A stretch of DNA of 62,812 nucleotides, filler included, from Globobulimina sp. (taxonomy: Eukaryota): NCBI GenBank assembly GCA_003354225.1. It is 36 parts of 36 records of this genome, joined end to end, with 100 filler letters (N's around TTAATTAATTAA, not from the genome) between each part and the next. Parts side by side here need not be neighbours in the genome. Positions count along the whole stretch, not along the records: positions 48,937 to 50,583 come from PIVH01013666.1; positions 50,684 to 52,330 come from PIVH01013667.1; positions 52,431 to 54,077 come from PIVH01013668.1; positions 54,178 to 55,824 come from PIVH01013669.1; positions 55,925 to 57,571 come from PIVH01013670.1; positions 57,672 to 59,318 come from PIVH01013671.1; positions 59,419 to 61,065 come from PIVH01013672.1; 29 more parts are not named here. The stretch is one strand, 5' to 3'. The translations under genes were made by a program, and so were the position numbers. The notes under the pieces were generated by a model. The model had not been told where the DNA came from, searched no databases, and worked only from the letters and a program-made list of their open reading frames with translations. Shown here piece after piece: positions 49,653 through 61,165 of the stretch. Numbering within the stretch: position 1 is the stretch's first letter; each line of letters starts with the position of its first letter.

Positions 49653-50143
49653 TTTTATATAAACCAGTTATATATTCATTGTTGATTGGTACTTGCAATT
49701 AGATGTTGAGTTAAATCAATCATAAAAATATTATAATTACAGAGCTCATAACGCGGTGAAATCATTACACGTAATGGTGGAGTACCATTAATTTTTTATG
49801 TGTTTGTTGTTATTTCAGTGAAATGCATATTATGTTATAGTAATCCACAAATGTTATAGTAATCCACAAAAATGTTATTGTCATAATGTTAAAAACGAGT
49901 TGGTCATATTCATACTGACATCACAGAAATTTATACTAATCTGTGTTAATTCGGTGCAATGATTTTATATAACAATTACATCATATAATAATTATTATAA
50001 AAAATAAAACAAAACAAAACTTCGAGTCCATTATAAAATCCATTTAACTCCAAATATACAAAACATTTTTTATATTTTTTTATGGCAAGGAGAATTCGAA
50101 CTCAAAGGAAATATTAAATTAAATAAAAAAAAATTAAAACAAT

Positions 50144-50583
50144 TCAAAAATCCAAATCAAATAATCTTTGCAATTCGCTAAATGGTTGCTTGGCTACCTC
50201 AATAACAACCCGCTTCAATTCCTCATCACCAATTGATGTCAATGTAAATTGTGATGTCTTTTTGTGATGTTGACGGAATTCACCTTTTCCACAATATTCA
50301 ATAATAAAATGCTTCAACACCAAATGAAAATCGATCGATGTGATATGATTAATCCGTGATAATATCAATGCCTTTGGATATTTTTTTAATAAATCATTAA
50401 ATTGTGCTTCGATATATTCATGGGATCCACTGCATTTTTTAAAATTACAACCATCATCAACATCACTCAATGGAGCCAATTTAATAATAGCATATTGCCG
50501 TTTCTTCTTACCGACCTGCTGAAAGCCCAATGCGGATTTATTGTCGCTTACGACCATCAGAATATTATCACTTTGCTTTAACA
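50144..50583 (-). CDS. Hypothetical protein, 5'-partial
   Basis: Open frame of ~140 codons with globular composition; no recognised domain. Confidence 0.35.
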
Positions 50584-50683
50584 NNNNNNNNNNNNNNNNN
50601 NNNNNNNNNNNNNNNNNNNNNNNNNNNTTAATTAATTAANNNNNNNNNNNNNNNNNNNNNNNNNNNNNNNNNNNNNNNNNNNN

Positions 50684-51381
50684 TAAATATCTGTGATATT
50701 TTTATTTTGTGAATATTGCAACCTGTAACTTGCCATGAATTCGCCAGTTCTGTCACAACCACCTTATCGACATCAAATTAAGTAAAATATTCATATCCAT
50801 TCAATAGCAGATGGATATTTATAATGTTACATACCAACACAATGAACATATACAACCACCGGTAATTTATCATATCTTTCCGTTAGTAATATAGAATGAG
50901 TATAATCAATCCTTGTCGGGATTTGATCAGCCAGCCATAAATCAGAACTATTGCATATTTTCCGTCTGTCCTCCGGTGGTGTTATATTTGGTGGAATCAA
51001 TCCAGCGGTTTCAGTGAGAGGCCAATGAAGCATAATACCAAATCGTTCCGATGCTCCTTTGACTGCCCAGAATTCTCTTTCTACGCTAAAATCTTGACCA
51101 TCAAAGATATTATCTAATGAAATATCCATGAAATAAAAGTTTGATGGAAACGGTAGAGTTGAATTATAATTATTTGCTCTTTGTGCCATATATCGCACTA
51201 ACTCATTATATGCAAATTGATTGTTATTTACAATGGGTGCGTTTCCACGATATAAGAAATTGATGGTACCATCTGCAAATTTATTGTAATCAACTAACCA
51301 TACTTTGTTATAATCCAAATTCTCTGTCAAACAAAATTGTAATAAGCATATAACGGCAAGCACTACATCCAATATGTTCAT
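50684..51381 (-). CDS. Signal-peptide-bearing CX5R (PTP/DSP-superfamily) phosphatase, spliced, 3'-partial
   Basis: Leader MNILDVVLAVICLLQFCLT; FLYRGNAP; splicing GTATGT..ATAAG (~50834-50763) yields VYVHCVGGCDRTGEF. Confidence 0.8.
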
Positions 51382-51917
51382 TTTTGCTGACTTCAGTAAA
51401 AAACAAAAGAGTTTTGGAGAGCAATAACAATGAAACATGTACAAAAAAGTGTTTTTCAGTGTCCGTGATGCACCAAAATAAAAAAAAAGAAAATTAAATT
51501 GAATTCAACACAAAAACACATACAAATACTTACAATTTATGATAAACGTGAATTTCTTACAAAACCGATTATAACCAATTCATGAAGAATAACCGTTAAT
51601 TATTAAATAAATTGTTTAACATTAAATTATAAATAAAATACATATAATATTCAAAACCATTCATCACAGAAACCATATATTTTTGTTTCGTCTGTTTGCG
51701 ATTTTTTTTTTTTGATTTTGAAACAATATTAAATATTTTTGTTTATTTTTCTTAATCAGAACCCAAATTATTATGTTATAGTTCCAATCGAAAACATGTA
51801 AATTTTATAAAATTTATTTTTTATATTCATTTTTGTTTATTTTTCTTAATCAAAACAAATTAGATTGTTTCGTCTTGATTGAAATTCCGGAATGCCGCCG
51901 GAATTTGCATTAAAACA

Positions 51918-52330
51918 CTATGATATGATTGGATTTGCTATGCTTTCTAATGTGGCCATGGGATCTGACCCTGACACTGATACCGACACAGACTCACATG
52001 AAGGACATGAAGGACTCGAATTGGCATTGGATTCAGAGGCACCATCAACATGTACACCAACGGGCGATTCAGAAACGGCATCATTGCCAAACCGATCCTG
52101 TGTTAACAACGTAAACAACGAATGTTTTCCTTTATGCAATGAAATAATGTTCACCGCTCTAATAAATTCAGCACGAATATGATTGAATTGCATATAACCC
52201 ACATTTTTAGCAACATTATTTTCCATATTTTTGGGATCAATTATTTGCATAAAACAATTAAAATCAGTTTTTCTTCCAAACTCATTGCTATTCGAATGTA
52301 TGCAAATCGCGTGTTTGCTGGCATCATATT
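51918..52330 (-). CDS. Hypothetical protein C-terminus, 5'-partial
   Basis: Open frame from the contig edge to a stop; no recognised domain. Confidence 0.3.
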
Positions 52331-52545
52331 NNNNNNNNNNNNNNNNNNNNNNNNNNNNNNNNNNNNNNNNNNNNTTAATTAATTAANNNNNNNNNNNNNN
52401 NNNNNNNNNNNNNNNNNNNNNNNNNNNNNNAATAATGGCTGTATTTTAATTGCAGAAGAAGATTCAGATCTTGAGTTTAAATTATATAAAAAAGATATTG
52501 ATCTTTTAATAAAAGCATTGCAACTCGCAAAAGAATGGAAATAAT

Positions 52546-53514
52546 ATGTCTTCTCAAATAATTGGTGATATACATAGCGATTCTAAAGAAGAATTAATAG
52601 AAGAAAAAGTTGATAATTTAAATAACATGTTGAATAATGACTGTAAAAATGTTATAATACTTGGAGATGTTTTTCATATTAGAAATCGTGTGTCGACACT
52701 TGCTGTAGATCTTTTACAAAATTTATTTGAAAAACATAAAAGTAAACAATTTTATATCTTAATTGGAAATCATGATTGTAAATATAAAAACACATTACAT
52801 CCTAATTCAATTAGAATATCATTTAAAAAGATAAAAAATGTTACAGTTATTGATAAGCCAACGAATATTGATGATTTTTTATTAATTCCTTGGATATGTG
52901 ATGAAAATTATCATGATTGTATTGATGATATCAAAAAATCTAAACAAAAATATTGTGCTGGTCATTTTGCAATAAACTCATTCCTAATGACAAGAGGAAT
53001 TGAATGTAGATCATCTTTAAAAATGTCTGATTTTGATCATTTTGTGAAAGTGTTTTCTGGTCATTTTCATTTGAGACAAGAGAAAAAGAATATTATATAT
53101 GTTGGTTCGACAACTCAAGAAACATGGACAGATTATCTTGATCAAAAAGGTTATTATATTGTTGATGAAGATATAAAATTTGTTGAGGGGCCTAAACAAA
53201 TATATAAACATTTGGTTTTAGAGAATAATAAATCTAAATTTGAATTGGATGATTATAATGATTGTCATGTTAAGTTATATCACAATGAAAAATTATCTAA
53301 AAAGCAGTATGATAAGTGGGACGAGTTAAAACTTAATTTACGTTCCTTTCAAGTTTTTGATGAAACTGATATAGATATAAAAGAAGTTAAGTTTGAAAAA
53401 ATTGAATTTTCTGAAATGTTGACTGAATTTTTTAAAGAACAAGATGATATGGAAGATGATTTTAAAAATGATATAATGAGTTATTTAATTATGAAGCATA
53501 AGGAGATTGGATAA
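52546..53514 (+). CDS. Phage T4 gp47-like (Mre11/SbcD family) recombination nuclease subunit
   Basis: GDIH, LGDVF, IGNHD, IPWI, GHF, FSGHFH, YVGS; intronless, 1-2 bp gene gaps, prokaryote-style packing. Confidence 0.88.
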   Translation: MSSQIIGDIHSDSKEELIEEKVDNLNNMLNNDCKNVIILGDVFHIRNRVSTLAVDLLQNLFEKHKSKQFYILIGNHDCKYKNTLHPNSIRISFKKIKNVTVIDKPTNIDDFLLIPWICDENYHDCIDDIKKSKQKYCAGHFAINSFLMTRGIECRSSLKMSDFDHFVKVFSGHFHLRQEKKNIIYVGSTTQETWTDYLDQKGYYIVDEDIKFVEGPKQIYKHLVLENNKSKFELDDYNDCHVKLYHNEKLSKKQYDKWDELKLNLRSFQVFDETDIDIKEVKFEKIEFSEMLTEFFKEQDDMEDDFKNDIMSYLIMKHKEIG

Positions 53515-53515
53515 G

Positions 53516-53863
53516 ATGAGCGAATTAGAATATTATAAAGAAAGAAGTAGATTGTGTTTCATATGTAAACATCCTGTATTATGGGAGCATACATATGACG
53601 ATGAAGGTATGATGCAAGAATGTGATTATTTATATTGTAAATCTGTTACAGGTGATAGAATTAGATGTCTCAATAATACTTTTTATAGATATAAAACAGG
53701 TTCAAGTAACTTTTTTAATACATGTAAATCATTTGAGTTGAATAGTTTAAATATTGATAAAATAGAAATTGAAAAAATTGACATTGACAACTTTCAAATT
53801 AAAATGTATAATAGAAAGATAAAAATTTGTGGTGGTGATTTAGAAAGTTTATTTAGTTCATAG
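53516..53863 (+). CDS. Phage-like hypothetical Cys-rich protein
   Basis: AGGAGA Shine-Dalgarno upstream of ATG 53516; CxxCxH..C...C..C..C. Confidence 0.6.
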   Translation: MSELEYYKERSRLCFICKHPVLWEHTYDDEGMMQECDYLYCKSVTGDRIRCLNNTFYRYKTGSSNFFNTCKSFELNSLNIDKIEIEKIDIDNFQIKMYNRKIKICGGDLESLFSS

Positions 53864-54077
53864 AAGAGATGAGTTTAGAGCAGAGCCTTTTTGGGTAGAT
53901 AAAGTAAACGAGAAAGATAATATTGAATTTGTATTAAATACAAATGTTTTGGAAATAGTAGGTGAACAAACTGTAACAGGAATCAAATTAGATAAACCGT
54001 TTAATGGAGAAGATGTATTACAAGTGAGTGGAGTGTTTATAGAAATAGGTTCTACTCCAGCTACGGCACTGCCTAAA
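53844..54077 (+). CDS. trxB: Internal fragment of prokaryotic thioredoxin reductase
   Basis: Manual translation KVYLVHRRDEFRAEPFWVDKV...EIVGEQTVTGIKL...SGVFIEIGSTP; starts right after an in-frame TAG with no N-terminal half. Confidence 0.85.
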
Positions 54078-54177
54078 NNNNNNNNNNNNNNNNNNNNNNN
54101 NNNNNNNNNNNNNNNNNNNNNTTAATTAATTAANNNNNNNNNNNNNNNNNNNNNNNNNNNNNNNNNNNNNNNNNNNN

Positions 54178-55790
54178 ATGAATCCATGGAAGAATTTATC
54201 CGTAAATCCTTGAATCCACCCAATTGCAATGAATCACCCATCCAACCAACACCACCACAGCCACCACCACACGATGACGAGGACGATGTTGATATGGAGC
54301 TTACACCGTTTTCTTTTCCGAATAGAACGCCAATGTTAGCCATGAATGCATCGCGAGTTTCAGTGGATGATAATGAATGTGATACAGACGAAGAAAATTG
54401 GAAACAAACCCCGTTGAAAGCATTGCAAATCTTAGACTCAATTCGTGATTCAATATCGATGGAGGACTGTAATAATAATAAAGAAGAAAAGGAAGAAGAA
54501 GAAGAAGAGGAAAAAGAGGAAATTAGTAACAGAGAAACAAGTGTTGTCGACAATTTATTTTATAAGAGTCCCGTGACGCAGTTCAAATCAGCCATTACTT
54601 CTGCATTGAATCAGCAGAGTGTAACACCGAAAAGTACGGTGATTGAAGACGTGGCCACCAATTCGCGTACAATATCCATGCGATTCGGTGATGGCGAGAC
54701 CTATGCATTCCAATCTGTATGTTCCTCCGCATCCAAATCTAAATCGAGGTTAACTATACGATCTAAATCGAGGAGCAAGAATAAACGACGCAAATCAACT
54801 TCAATGCTGCAACAACGAGCCTTGACACCCGAAATAGGCTCCTCTTTATGTGAGAAAACATCCATTATTCGCAAAATGTTCGATGAGTTGGAACAGGAAC
54901 AACAAATAAAACCAATTGCAACAAAGCATATAAAATCTACAACAAAAATACCAATAAAAGCAATACCAGATCGGAATAAAAATCATAAGAAACAGACATT
55001 TTCGGGTCTAGCGGTACCAGAAAAAAAAGGAGAGAAAGAAAAAAAAAAGGAGAGAGGTGATAAGCTATTTGGTAGCAGCAAAAAATTAAAAAAAATGAGC
55101 ACGCCGACCTACAGACAGCGCAGTAAAAGTTTTCGAGCAAAAAAATCTGCCAAAATAATAAATTCCGAGTCGAGAGTAAATAAGAAAAAAGTAAGCATTG
55201 TGCCGTCGAGTAATGATCATTTGTATAATCATAATGGAGACAAACAAAATCGAAAAGTATTTCGAGAACCAACGCCATATAAAATAAATGAGAGCAAAAA
55301 ATCTACGATAAAAAGACCGAGAATTCAAACTATTTCTGAATCGAACAGTGAATCGGCTTCGGTTTCGGTTGAAATTGCCAAAAAACACTTGGCCTTCGAT
55401 CCGGATAAAGTAAAATCGAAATTATTTGAAAATACCAGTTCGAGCACTAATAAGAGGAAAGCGAGAGGCTCGCAAACACCACAAAGTATACGCAGCAATT
55501 ATAAGAGTAATGGGACTGGGACTAAATCACGAAAAAAAAATAAAAATTGGAGCGCTGTAAAATCAAAAGTGGATTCAAATAATAATAATAGCAAAGTGGA
55601 TTCAATTGCAAATAAAAATAATAATGAGAATATAATAAAAGTATCGGGGGTTAAAAGGAAATTAAGCTGGTCCGTATCCGTTGGGAATGTCAATTATGAG
55701 AATAATATTAATCAGCCCGCAAAAAAGAAACGAAGAATTAGCGCACAGCCAGAAAATGTAAAGTCTAAAAACTCAAAAAAATGGAAATGA
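54178..55790 (+). CDS. Low-complexity Lys/Ser-rich, probably disordered protein, 5'-partial
   Basis: 534-codon ORF, acidic then basic tracts, NLS PAKKKRR. Confidence 0.7.
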
Positions 55791-56345
55791 GGTTATTTTA
55801 ATTTTTTTTATTGGATTTTGTTTGNNNNNNNNNNNNNNNNNNNNNNNNNNNNNNNNNNNNNNNNNNNNTTAATTAATTAANNNNNNNNNNNNNNNNNNNN
55901 NNNNNNNNNNNNNNNNNNNNNNNNAGAAATTAAGAAAAGATAAGAATTTATTAAATCGGATAAAATATATTAAATTACAAACACCGAATTTTCCAATGCT
56001 GATTGATTGTGATCCGAATGATAAATTGTGTGATATCGCGAGGACGACCGATATGATTATATTTCATACACAGTCAGATGACGAGTATGAAGAATCACAG
56101 TGGGATTAGTCTATATTACCAAAATTGTTTCCAGTCAACTTATTCAACTGCTTTTGCTTGCTTTTGTATATAAAAACATTCTTGTGAATATTGTATTTTT
56201 TGTTTGAGTCCTGTTTGCAATGCGGACTGTCGCAAGGATCACAAAAACGTTTTGGCTTCAAATTGCTGTGCAAGGATAATAAGCGTGACTTTTTTTTAAT
56301 TTCGTGTGGTATAATTCATAAATAAATTAATTTACAAGTAGTCAT

Positions 56346-56903
56346 TTACCTTCCTTTACAGTCGGCTGTTACGCTCACACAAAATATTTCATTCTTGGAT
56401 GCAGCATCGGTTGCTGTTATGGATACTTTCACCGTATCATCCGGCGCTGCTGCAGCTACCACAGCTGTAATATTATATTTATACACATTTAATACATATA
56501 CAAAAATATATACAGTATAACATATATAATAACTTGTAATTGGGATAATTAAAGTGGCGCCTTTAGCGATGGGACATTTTACGCCGCCATAATAGATTGT
56601 ACCCACACCAGCCGGTAAATGGATGACTCCCGGGGCACATAAATCGCCTGTTTCCCGAAATACAGGCACACCTAAAACTTTTGCTACCGCTGTAAACGTA
56701 CCACCTGCAATAGCACTGTGGGTGAATCCAGTTCCGGTCACTGTCCAATTGGAACCTGCGCGTTCTGGAGATGGCGGGGATAATACAAGTGAATTAATTT
56801 GGGCTTCATCGGTTGATTTCGTACAATTCGAGACTGTTACATCAATGGTTGAACATGCATAAGTTACTCCAATTAATAATACTAATAAAGCAAATTTAAA
56901 CAT
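56346..56903 (-). CDS. ML-domain (NPC2/MD-2-related) lipid-recognition protein; 69-nt intron 56465-56533
   Basis: Signal peptide, NC..., SPPSP, GDLC, CPIAKG, IFCV Cys pattern of ML domains. Confidence 0.8.
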   Translation of the reverse strand: MFKFALLVLLIGVTYACSTIDVTVSNCTKSTDEAQINSLVLSPPSPERAGSNWTVTGTGFTHSAIAGGTFTAVAKVLGVPVFRETGDLCAPGVIHLPAGVGTIYYGGVKCPIAKGATLIIPITSYYICYTVYIFVYVLNVYKYNITAVVAAAAPDDTVKVSITATDAASKNEIFCVSVTADCKGR

Positions 56904-57021
56904 AATTGATGACTATATAGATATTTTACAATATATACACATATTTTTATGTCAAAAAAGTGCAATGTGAAACATTCTACACACATGAAAATGAAGGAAA
57001 GTTTTTTAAATTGAATTAAAA

Positions 57022-57571
57022 ATGTCAGTTATTTGGCATGGCAAACACTTGAAATCGCTATTTACTATTTATAAACGACCATTTTGCTCTCAGCAATCAA
57101 TACTAAACACAACACAACCCATTGACAGTGAATATGATGAAACAAAGACAACATCAATATCGCACTATTTACTCGAACCGCAGCCAACAAATTACAACAC
57201 TGCTCTCATGGAATCATCTCAACTGAAAAAAATGAAAGCATCTAAAACCACCACTAAATCACGTAACATCACCAATAAATTGCGCAACAAATATCAAATA
57301 CAATTACCAGTGCATATAAGCACAAAACAAGCACAACAAAGTCAAGAAACAAAGGAGTTCCAACCCTTGGATGTATTTGAAAATAAATCTCAATTATTAC
57401 ACAAATTTAATGAGGAAAGTAATATTTATATTCGAGGCAACACAGAATATATCAACAGGAAATATGAGCCCTTAATCGAGCAAGTTAATAATATTAAATC
57501 ATTGGACGATGCCTCGCAACATACCGCCTATGACCATGGCAACGACACTGATTATATGAGAAATGATATGA
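57022..57571 (+). CDS. Hypothetical protein with mitochondrial-presequence-like N-terminus, 3'-partial
   Basis: Basic, acid-free first ~25 aa with R-x-F-C-S cleavage-like site. Confidence 0.5.
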
Positions 57572-58325
57572 NNNNNNNNNNNNNNNNNNNNNNNNNNNNN
57601 NNNNNNNNNNNNNNNTTAATTAATTAANNNNNNNNNNNNNNNNNNNNNNNNNNNNNNNNNNNNNNNNNNNNATGGATTGCGACAAGAACTGAGATTGCTA
57701 CCTTTTGGAAACGGCAATATCCACCATTTCAAGTTCAAAGAATTAAATCTAAACTGTGACTTTTGTTTTGTTAATTTTCTACTTTTTTTTTATTCAATTA
57801 TGCAATTTCAAATCTTGTGCAAGGATCACCTTCAAACAGTCAGACTCTTTTTTTGCGTACAACCAGCATAATTTAACTGATTGATTTCTTAGTGTTTTGA
57901 AGAAAAATGATTCCGTGTACTTTCCAACCAGGAATCAAGTTTTCTGAACCCAAGACAAAGTTATAACAAACACAGAACAAACCCCATACAAATCTATAGC
58001 AAACAGTTTCTGGATTTGCAAAGCGTTTCTCATATGATTGAATAAAATGTATACAACTTATCCAGCAGTGGAAGGGGGGATTATCTTTTTGAATATATCG
58101 TTTAAATCTGATGATCGTATTTATAATTATTAATAGCTATTGTAATATGATTGTGTGGTATGTTTGTACATGATATGAATTGTGTTTGTGTTGTAGATGA
58201 TATACAGAAACAAAAACAAAGTACAAACAGCACAATCATATCATACAAAAGAGTTTTTGAAATCCGGTACAACTGAATCACAGCTAGCTATTACTAAACA
58301 TATACACTATACAATTGTAAATAAA

Positions 58326-59275
58326 TTATTGTTTTGTATGAACAACAGGACCGATAGATGGTGTATTTAGAACTTCAAATTCATCATCAGCCAATTGGGC
58401 CACATTTCTTTGCACATTTCCAGATATTTCATCAATTATAGATTTCCCTTTGCTATGTTTCTCCGCATCCTCCGAATTTCTTTTCAATGTTCTTATCTTA
58501 CTGAAAGAATCTGTTCCCAATCGATTGATGATACCCAATCCCTCGCTGCCATACGTTCCACGAAGGATAGAGCCATCCAACGCCATCAATGACGCTCCGT
58601 AGTCATACACGGTATTATTATTCGGCAACGTCGCCAAATTAATAGACGGTGAATCAAATACAGATTTGTTGGTTACTTGCAACCTATTCGATGATCGCCG
58701 GCGTTTATTAAATTTATTATTGTTGTCACTGTTTTTCTTTTTATTTGCTGAGCTATGTTGGATCACAATGGTGGACGGCGATTTTTTGCCAATATTCACA
58801 ATGGATGGCGAATTTTGTGCGTTTTGCGGGATTGTGATTTCCTGACCGTCGACGTCATAGACCGAGCTCATTGACATTTGAGTGGTTATCATGTCGTTTT
58901 GGGTGGTTATATGCTCATTAATTGAACCTTTCGTGATTTGCATTTCTATTTCCATCTCTCGTACGACATCAAAATCTGATTTATGTGATTTAGGTGACTT
59001 TAACGATGCATTGCCATCAGATTTCGAACGTGAACTTATTGACTCGTGGTGAGTAGCAGTTGTTTTTTTGTCGTGTTTTTTTTTATGTGTTGACAATATA
59101 TTGATAGAGCATAGCCAGCATATACAGCAACAAATCATTGTAATTAATATTGACAGTATCATTACCAAGAGCGACACTTTTGTGTTCATCAATGTACTCA
59201 ATGTAGATCCGTCGGAATCACTGTTGGATACATTCATAGGCGACGGCGTGTCAGTGCTATAGGCATCATATTGCA
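58326..59275 (-). CDS. Single-pass membrane protein, C-terminal exon
   Basis: TM helix LLVMILSILITMICCCICWLCSINIL followed by basic stop-transfer and a disordered tail. Confidence 0.6.
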
Positions 59276-59431
59276 ACAACGTACATATTCGATAGCAAAT
59301 GCATACACAGCACATACGNNNNNNNNNNNNNNNNNNNNNNNNNNNNNNNNNNNNNNNNNNNNTTAATTAATTAANNNNNNNNNNNNNNNNNNNNNNNNNN
59401 NNNNNNNNNNNNNNNNNNAAACATTTGAACT

Positions 59432-61065
59432 ATGCGAACAATAATATCAATAGAATTATTTTCGACAAAATTCATAACGAAATATGCAGTGATATCCAAT
59501 GCAATATTAATGACTGCAACACTTATCGCAGAAACCAAAGAAATAAAGAAAAACAACGGGGCAGAGAAGAAAAGGAAATTCGTAGTTACGATTTTAAGGT
59601 TTGTACACTGTCCCTTTACACCTATCCATTTTGACAGACATACACACAAAAAAAAGGGTATATTTGTAACGAATTTGTTGGATAACATTCATACTTATTT
59701 TATCCACGGATATGAGTCTGGATTTCGTGTTAAATTAAATAGTTTCAGCAACATAAGCAACGATAATATATTCAGTCACGATCCAGAAATAGTTTCATTA
59801 GAATCAGCTCTATGGCTAAAACGAGAAAATCTGCTAAAACTGCGTGGTGAGCAAACCATTACAAACAATAAATATCAAACTTGCGCAGCACAGTTCAATA
59901 CGAAGCAAACCATCACTTCCTGCGATGATTACACATTGTTAGATATATTATGTTACACTTTGACTGTCGCTGATAATATTTTTAATAATGTCTTGTCAAA
60001 AAATGAATGCTTACATTTGTATGTGTGGCTGCAGCAAAATGCATATGATTCGGATGCGTTGATGGATGATATCACATATATGCAATCTGACAAATCTCAA
60101 TCAAACATTTATCGATATTTAACTGCTGCCAAAACTGCGTTTCTGTCGCATAAATTGATCAAATTTGTGCAGTTTTACAAAAAAAACACGGTCGAGGAGC
60201 AAGATGATGATCTAAAACAAGAACAGAAAGATTTTAAAAATACGCACGGCCAACGTTTTTTTTATTGGGAAGAGTTTAAAAACAATAATGATGACACTGT
60301 GTTCAACCCTGGTTACAAATATAATGATTGGTATATAGCGCGAAAATATGCGACATTGAAAACTGAAATATTACATTTTCTGAGCATCAATGAATACAAT
60401 ATTACTAAGAATAAAGCTATCCGCTTATTGCATGCATCCATGTATTTAAAAACGATGCGAAGTGCCATGGAATGTGACGCCATACCTTTACCAGTACGGC
60501 GACCAAAGCCCTATGGGGTTGAACCCGGTGAACCGTTGTCTTATTTTCATTTATTGAGTGTGTTATTTTACACAGATTATCCACATTTGTCCTTCAGACT
60601 TAACTCTACTTTTCAACGGCGGCCACTTGAAACAGATTATGAACTCAAGCAAAGGAACAGCGAATTCCATAATTGGTCCAAATTGTTGCATGAAACAGTG
60701 CATTTATATGGCACTAACTTATATGGAATAAGATATGATTATAACTCGAATCAGTGGGCATCGCAAGAAGTTTATCCACCAACTTTGTATCATTCGGTGG
60801 CCTCTGAATGTTTGAATTCCTTTATTTGTCGTTTTTGCGCTCCGACCAGTATGAGTAGACAGGTCGAAGTGGCTGTGATCTACAGCGATAATGGCGTTAT
60901 TATGGAAATTGAGAATTATAAACATATGGATAGCAGTCCGTATTTTTTTAATTGTTGGTTGGTTTCAGGCTATGCAGTGGAAGACGAACATCTCTTCATT
61001 GGAGGTTTGTTTTATGTTTGCTTTGGTCACAAACGAATGATGAATATGTTTGGCAATTTGGTACT
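59432..61065 (+). CDS. ADP-ribosyltransferase-like protein (ExE/ARTC-VIP2-type fold predicted), partial
   Basis: Ordered motifs LFYTD..LN, LYHS, PTSMS..VA, GVIMEI, SGYAVEDEHLF parallel YT..LN / LYRG / STS / S.Y..ExE.L of R-S-E ARTs. Confidence 0.6.
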
Positions 61066-61165
61066 NNNNNNNNNNNNNNNNNNNNNNNNNNNNNNNNNNN
61101 NNNNNNNNNTTAATTAATTAANNNNNNNNNNNNNNNNNNNNNNNNNNNNNNNNNNNNNNNNNNNN

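Noticed and set aside
1650-61165. Regularly spaced palindromic TTAATTAATTAA repeats resembling a giant array
   Set aside because: Always embedded in 44-N pads between length-sorted contigs; a concatenation linker with six-frame stops, not biology
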